From assembly GCA_051382305.1 (NCBI GenBank), contig JBBCAV010000111.1, positions 1-11,506 on the forward strand: 11,506 bases of DNA, given 5' to 3'. The notes beneath the pieces are model-generated. The model did not search any database and was not told the DNA's origin. It saw nothing but the letters and a program-made list of their open reading frames with translations. The DNA is from Bdellovibrionota bacterium FG-2 (GTDB taxonomy: Bacteria > Bdellovibrionota > UBA1018). The position numbers and the translations under genes are program-made. The first letter of the stretch is position 1. Each line of letters starts with the position of its first letter. This document shows positions 6,787 to 11,506 of this stretch, in pieces.

Positions 6787-9700
6787 TGGTAAACGGCCAA
6801 AGCCAACCAAGCACTCAGGATACCCCCCCCGTCCTTGCCTTGATTGGGCTCGGCCTGGTCGTGGGAGCTTATGCGTATTTTGAGTCTCCCACGACCTTCT
6901 CTTTCATTCAAAAAGGGGCTGATCGTTACGTCAACGCTCATGTTAATTTCCTTTGCGTCACCCTTTTCTTCCTATCAATGAACGTCGTCTGGCTCTACTC
7001 GATCATTGCTCGAATCTTCGGCTTTCAAAAACAAGGGAGTAGACTTGAGTTTCTCACCGGAAAACGTCCCGATGACGGAGGTGCCACAGGAGCCTCCGGC
7101 GCCACAGGCCTCGTTGGCGCGACCGGCGATTCATGGAAGGCTGCGCTCGTGTCTTTGGCGATAGGCCTATCGACCTATGGGGTGCTTGCGCTATTTTCAT
7201 TTCCGGGCAACTCCGAACTCACTCCTCTTCTATTTTCACCCGGGGCTCGTGATCACATCTTGAATCTCCTTCGTATCAATATAGGGATGTTTGCCTTTGT
7301 CGTGGCCTTCGTACTAGGTCGAATGCCTCTTTGGAAGCGCCTGAGTCAACTGGGCCTGCGCGGACTATTTAGGGGCCGGGGAATCCCAGAAATGCCAAAG
7401 CCCGAAAACGGAATTGCCCTAGGCACCGTTGGCGAAGACAGCCCAAATGAAACGCCAGAATGGGCGGTTATGAATCGACGCGCGCTTAACGGGAACATCA
7501 TCGCTACAGGAAGCCCCGGCACCGGAAAGACCCAAGGTTTCATCCTCTCATCGTTTGACCAGATTCTTGGAAACTTTAAACTGCGCCCCTCAATCCTTGC
7601 GATTGATCCCAAGGGCACCTTTATCCCCGAAGCGCTCAAGATCATTGAAAGGCACGGTCTCAGTGAACACGTTTTGCATTTACGCCTCGGAGGAAACGTC
7701 ACGTTTAATCCGATCTTTAACCTCAATCCACTCAAGGGGGCTCGTTTCCTGGATACTGCCCAAATGATCAGGGCCGCCGCCGTAAACTTCATGGGGAAAA
7801 ACTTTGATTCACCCTTCTGGGAACTTTCATCCTTTAATCTGATCAAGAACTGCCTGGTTCTTTGTGGAGCAAAATACCTGAAAGCTGATTTTAATCTAAA
7901 CAACCTTTACAATGAAATGATCGTCGCCTCGAAAGATGCCAAAGAGGCAGCCAAAGCCCTTCGCGACCTGGCCCCAGACCTGATCCATGAAAAGCAGTTT
8001 GATGACGAAGAGCGATTCAACATTGAATGCGCCGCAAAGTATTTTGAGGAATTTGAGCAATTAGACGACAAGGTCAGGACCGGTATTCTTGCCACTTCGA
8101 CGGCTTTCCTAAATCAATTTCAAGAGTATCAGGCAAGCCGGATTTTCTGCCCAAAAAACGAACAAGCCACAATCAAAAGCATGGATGAGGTTATTGATAA
8201 CGGAAAAATCATCCTCTTTGATGTCGCAAGTCCGGCACTCGCGCGCTCAATGGGAACATTCATCAAACTGCATTATGAGCAATCGATCTTAAACCGCCTA
8301 GCGGACACAAAACGGGGCAAAGACCGAACGGCGTTTCTCATCATCGACGAATACCAAGACGTTGTATCCACAGGGGGCGGCTCGGCCCTTGGCGATGACC
8401 GATTCACTTCAAAATCGCGGGAAGCCAATGGCTCATTAATTGTGGCTACGCAAAGCCATAGTTCATTGAAAAACTCTATCGGCAAGGATGACGCCGCCAA
8501 GGAGCTGCTGCAAAACTTTCGAACTGTTATTGCTTGTCACTCGACAGACATAACGACCATCAAGAATTTTCAGGAGCTTGCGGGCCAAGAAGATCGGAAA
8601 CGGTATTCACACAGCGTTTCAGAAAATTCCCATCGCCCAAGCCGCAATCTCATGCTCGGGGGATTTGAGAGCAATGACGCCAATATCAGCGAATCAGTGA
8701 GCACGAGCGAGCACAAGGAGTATTCGGTAACCGGCAAGGAATTCTCGCGGCTGACGGCTTTTGAGGCTTTTTCGCTACTTTATGACGGCATTCAAAATCG
8801 CTATAAGAAGTTGTTCCTGAAACCCTATTATCTGAAAAAGAAAAACACTACGCATAAAGTGATCCTCACTCACTTAAAAGCGGCGGTTCTAGGTGCCGCG
8901 CTGTCTCTCATGGTAGTCACATCAAGCTTTGCCTTTCCAAACGTGTGTACGGTAGTTAATACCTCCGAGTTCAATTCTTGCCTGAGTTTCGAGGTCGGTA
9001 CCTGCATGTGCGGCTTTCCTGTCCCACGTCCTTGCGCCAACTTCTCGTATTATGTTCCCCAGACGTTTATCGAAGTGTTTCCCAACCCTAAAAGCTCGTA
9101 CTTTGGAGACTTACCGGGGGCGGCTGTGCAATTATCGACTTTAGGCTCGCTCCCGGTTCCATTTGGCGCAGAGGCCGACGACGACACGCAGAGTTTTCAC
9201 GCTCACGCTCTGGGTGTGCCGCTTGCGATGATTCCCTTTTCGACCCTACCCTGCACCAGTGCCCGGGTAGAGCAAACCTGTTTTGATGCAATGAGTGAGC
9301 ACCTGGGCTCCAATTGGAGTACGGGCGGTGCGGATCTCTTGCAACCAAACTTCATGGCATGGAGTCTGAGCCCCAAGGCGTGTCTGCTAAAAGGAGCGGC
9401 AACCTCCCTGGCAGGTGAATTAGAGCCAAATCTAGGTGGCGCAGGCGCCGGTTGCAGCATTCCGATGGGTTGGCTCCCAAAATATCCACCCTCGACTCAT
9501 TCGGCCTGTACTGGCTGGGGAACGTTTTATCCCCGCTCGGGGGTCTATCATGGCCCGAGTCAAACGACTGGCGCACTTATGGTTGCCTCCCGCATGAAGA
9601 GTCTGGGCGGTGATGTATTTCACACCACCCCCGCCTCGATTGATGAGGTTTGGCAGATGATTACGCCGCAATCGTCTTCGTGTTTTAGAGAGGGCCAGAA

Positions 9701-9887
9701 TGTCGGAGTCCTAGATACGATTAAGAACGTCCGAGAACTTGGCCGACTCACCTCCGGGAAACTAACGGGCTATCTCTTCACCGTGTGGTCAAAAGTGAGC
9801 TGCTGCCGCGATCTGGCGCTTGTGCCGGCCGCCTATATCGCACTTGAAGCGATGAGTGTTGCTTGCAAAGGAGCGGGCTCACTATGA
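6786..9887 (+). CDS. Type IV coupling protein (VirD4/TraD-like ATPase) fused to a C-terminal TraU-like domain, 1033 aa
   Basis: The SD GGAGGT precedes ATG 6786. There are four N-terminal hydrophobic segments, Walker A GSPGTGKT (7509-7532), IDPKG, FNP, SPFW, Walker B FLIIDEYQ (about 8334-8357), SREA and VATQS. After a hydrophobic segment (8880-8933) comes a 14-Cys domain with the TraU-like motifs CMC..PVP..SYYVPQTFIEV, GWGTFYPRSG, WQMITP..SSC and YLFTVWSKVSCC. Confidence 0.85.
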   Translation: MVNGQSQPSTQDTPPVLALIGLGLVVGAYAYFESPTTFSFIQKGADRYVNAHVNFLCVTLFFLSMNVVWLYSIIARIFGFQKQGSRLEFLTGKRPDDGGATGASGATGLVGATGDSWKAALVSLAIGLSTYGVLALFSFPGNSELTPLLFSPGARDHILNLLRINIGMFAFVVAFVLGRMPLWKRLSQLGLRGLFRGRGIPEMPKPENGIALGTVGEDSPNETPEWAVMNRRALNGNIIATGSPGTGKTQGFILSSFDQILGNFKLRPSILAIDPKGTFIPEALKIIERHGLSEHVLHLRLGGNVTFNPIFNLNPLKGARFLDTAQMIRAAAVNFMGKNFDSPFWELSSFNLIKNCLVLCGAKYLKADFNLNNLYNEMIVASKDAKEAAKALRDLAPDLIHEKQFDDEERFNIECAAKYFEEFEQLDDKVRTGILATSTAFLNQFQEYQASRIFCPKNEQATIKSMDEVIDNGKIILFDVASPALARSMGTFIKLHYEQSILNRLADTKRGKDRTAFLIIDEYQDVVSTGGGSALGDDRFTSKSREANGSLIVATQSHSSLKNSIGKDDAAKELLQNFRTVIACHSTDITTIKNFQELAGQEDRKRYSHSVSENSHRPSRNLMLGGFESNDANISESVSTSEHKEYSVTGKEFSRLTAFEAFSLLYDGIQNRYKKLFLKPYYLKKKNTTHKVILTHLKAAVLGAALSLMVVTSSFAFPNVCTVVNTSEFNSCLSFEVGTCMCGFPVPRPCANFSYYVPQTFIEVFPNPKSSYFGDLPGAAVQLSTLGSLPVPFGAEADDDTQSFHAHALGVPLAMIPFSTLPCTSARVEQTCFDAMSEHLGSNWSTGGADLLQPNFMAWSLSPKACLLKGAATSLAGELEPNLGGAGAGCSIPMGWLPKYPPSTHSACTGWGTFYPRSGVYHGPSQTTGALMVASRMKSLGGDVFHTTPASIDEVWQMITPQSSSCFREGQNVGVLDTIKNVRELGRLTSGKLTGYLFTVWSKVSCCRDLALVPAAYIALEAMSVACKGAGSL

Positions 9888-11506
9888 AATTTGGTGAACA
9901 CCTCCTAAGCACCGGCAAGATCACCTCCGAAGCCCTTCTCGAAGGCCTCGATATCCAGCGATTTCGCCCCCTCAAGCTCGGGCGATTGCTCCGTGACCTG
10001 GGTCACCTCTCTCAAGCGGAGTTAAACCGGCAGCTTCATGTTTTTAAACTCGCCGCAGGGTCAATGAAGGAGTTGTCCGCCAAGACTTTGGGAAGTGAAT
10101 TGAAGGCCAAAGTGACAGCGGGACTTCTCACAAGTGAGATCATGATTTGGGCTAACAGCAATGGTTGGGTACTTTTCAATGAATCTAATGAATCTGATGG
10201 AGCCGTTGAGTTTTTAGGCGAATCGTACCAAGACGAATTACTCGAACAGGCTGAGGATCGCTTTAAGAAGGCTGCAACCCTCGTTGTTGTAAGTGCAGAC
10301 GCCCTCAATCACGTTCGGCACTTGGCGGGCCTTATAATGCCCGGTTCGCCGGATTCGGGGGGATCGCGAGATTCAGGGGCATCACACCTCAGGGTCGAAA
10401 GCAAAGCGACGGACGAGCAAAAGATTGGGGCATCTGACCCCTATACCTCCCTATTTCGGGATACGATCCTGGCTGCTCGAACGCTCGGCGCAAGTGACAT
10501 CCATATTCAGCCGTCTCGCGACGGATTAGACATCCGTTTTCGGGTTAATGGTGACATGAGCACTTGGAAAACTTTGTCTCTTGAGCATCGCAGGTCCTTT
10601 ATCAATGAGGTAAAGCGACTCACAAATCTTTCGATTGCGATTAGTGGACGCGCCCAAGATGGGCGCACTTCGTTTAAGTCCTGGCAGCTTGATCTGCGGG
10701 CGAGCCTTCTGCCTTCACAATATGGCGAAAAAATAGTTTTGCGTCTTCTCGATCTTACCAGAAATTTCGATCTCTCAAGCCTTGGATTTGATCCCGAAAC
10801 TCACAATGATCTCTTGCAAGCTCTTCAATCTAAGAACGGGGTTATCATTATTTCGGGGCCTACCGGGAGCGGCAAAACCACGACGCTCTATACGCTCCTG
10901 TGCGCGTTGGATCGCTCGACGAGAAACATCATTACACTAGAAGACCCGATTGAATACGGGATCGAAGGACTGACCCAAGTTCAAGTCAGTCCAAAACTGA
11001 CTTTTGCAGAGGCGCTGCGATCCGTGCTCCGACAAGACCCTGACGTAATCTTGGTCGGAGAAATCCGCGACGCAGAGACCGCCGATCTTTGTATCAAAGC
11101 GGCATCGACGGGGCATCTTGTTTTGTCCACCTTGCACGCAAACGGCGCCGCTGAAGTGGTGGGAAGACTCATCAACCTGGGCATTGACCCCTATATGCTC
11201 AAGTCGGTTCTGAGATTCACCTCGGCGCAGCGGCTCGTCAAACGCCTTTGTCCGTCATGCTCCATCCCTGGGACTTGCGACGCAGGCAAGTTCTTCGAAA
11301 AAGCTTCAGACTTGAAGCTCCGCGCTGGCGCTGGAATAGATTATCGAAAGCGCGAACCAAACGGTTGCCCCCAATGCCAATCGGGAATCAAAGGACGCGT
11401 GCCCGTGCTTGAGTACATGCGTGCGCAACACATCAAATCCTACCTTGAAGCCCCACCCACGGAGCGGCCGCAGCTCACCGTATCGCTCCAAGAAGCTTGT
11501 TTGAGA
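9884..11506 (+). CDS. GspE/PilB/MshE-family assembly ATPase with N-terminal MshEN domain (3' end beyond the window)
   Basis: The frame opens at ATG 9884 (ATGA overlap) and is absent from the ORF track because no stop falls in the window. Motifs are ASDIHIQP, AQDGR, YGEKIVLRLL, Walker A GPTGSGKTTTLY (about 10856), TLEDPIEY, LRQDPDVILVGEIRD, TGHLVLSTLHAN, QRLVKRLCPSC and GCPQC (Zn tetracysteine). Confidence 0.95.
   Translation, partial: MKFGEHLLSTGKITSEALLEGLDIQRFRPLKLGRLLRDLGHLSQAELNRQLHVFKLAAGSMKELSAKTLGSELKAKVTAGLLTSEIMIWANSNGWVLFNESNESDGAVEFLGESYQDELLEQAEDRFKKAATLVVVSADALNHVRHLAGLIMPGSPDSGGSRDSGASHLRVESKATDEQKIGASDPYTSLFRDTILAARTLGASDIHIQPSRDGLDIRFRVNGDMSTWKTLSLEHRRSFINEVKRLTNLSIAISGRAQDGRTSFKSWQLDLRASLLPSQYGEKIVLRLLDLTRNFDLSSLGFDPETHNDLLQALQSKNGVIIISGPTGSGKTTTLYTLLCALDRSTRNIITLEDPIEYGIEGLTQVQVSPKLTFAEALRSVLRQDPDVILVGEIRDAETADLCIKAASTGHLVLSTLHANGAAEVVGRLINLGIDPYMLKSVLRFTSAQRLVKRLCPSCSIPGTCDAGKFFEKASDLKLRAGAGIDYRKREPNGCPQCQSGIKGRVPVLEYMRAQHIKSYLEAPPTERPQLTVSLQEACLR

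Larger units (their letters stand above)
5100..11506 (+). mobile_element. Putative transfer region of an ICE or conjugative plasmid (boundaries not determined)
   Basis: A coupling protein, a TraU-like domain and a pilus ATPase lie in one operon preceded by small orphan ORFs. No integrase, relaxase or att site is visible in the window. Confidence 0.5.

Noticed and set aside
7346-11491. Multiple minus-strand ORFs (7346..7903, 9203..9460, 10036..10308, 10937..11184 etc.)
   Set aside because: They are antisense shadows of the well-supported T4CP-TraU and PilB/GspE genes.
9884-11506. Calling the ATPase VirB11/TadA or PilT
   Set aside because: The MshEN N-terminus, length and tetracysteine motif fit PilB/GspE/MshE instead.
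1-11506. CRISPR array, tRNA/rRNA, integrase, relaxase or att sites
   Set aside because: I saw no regularly spaced repeats, RNA gene signatures or recombinase/relaxase motifs.

Overview
The window has three parts. (1) At 39-2430 (-) is a tightly packed periplasmic/outer-membrane operon that is probably for copper or another metal. It encodes a NosL-like protein, a YtkA/FixH-like Met-rich lipoprotein, a putative outer-membrane beta-barrel with an N-terminal CC..C motif, and a TlpA-like thioredoxin. Another barrel-like gene lies upstream. (2) At 3516-4713 is a cluster of three small DNA-binding proteins: a RodZ/XRE-like HTH, a PhaR-N-domain protein and a divergent HU-family protein with a terminator. 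(3) From about 5100 to the window end (+) is a hairpin- and A-tract-rich non-coding stretch, then six small ORFs with good ribosome-binding sites. These lead into a 1033-aa protein in which a VirD4/TraD-like coupling ATPase is fused in frame, through a signal-peptide-like segment, to a Cys-rich TraU-like domain. That gene overlaps (ATGA) a PilB/GspE/MshE-family ATPase with an N-terminal MshEN c-di-GMP-binding motif, which runs off the window end. This looks like the start of a hybrid conjugation / type IV pilus operon on an ICE or plasmid. The gene style suggests a Gram-negative deltaproteobacteria-like or Bdellovibrionota host, which is a guess. Bases 1-80 are a perfect 32-bp fold-back that may be an assembly or amplification artefact. 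All family calls come from motif recognition by eye, not from database searches.
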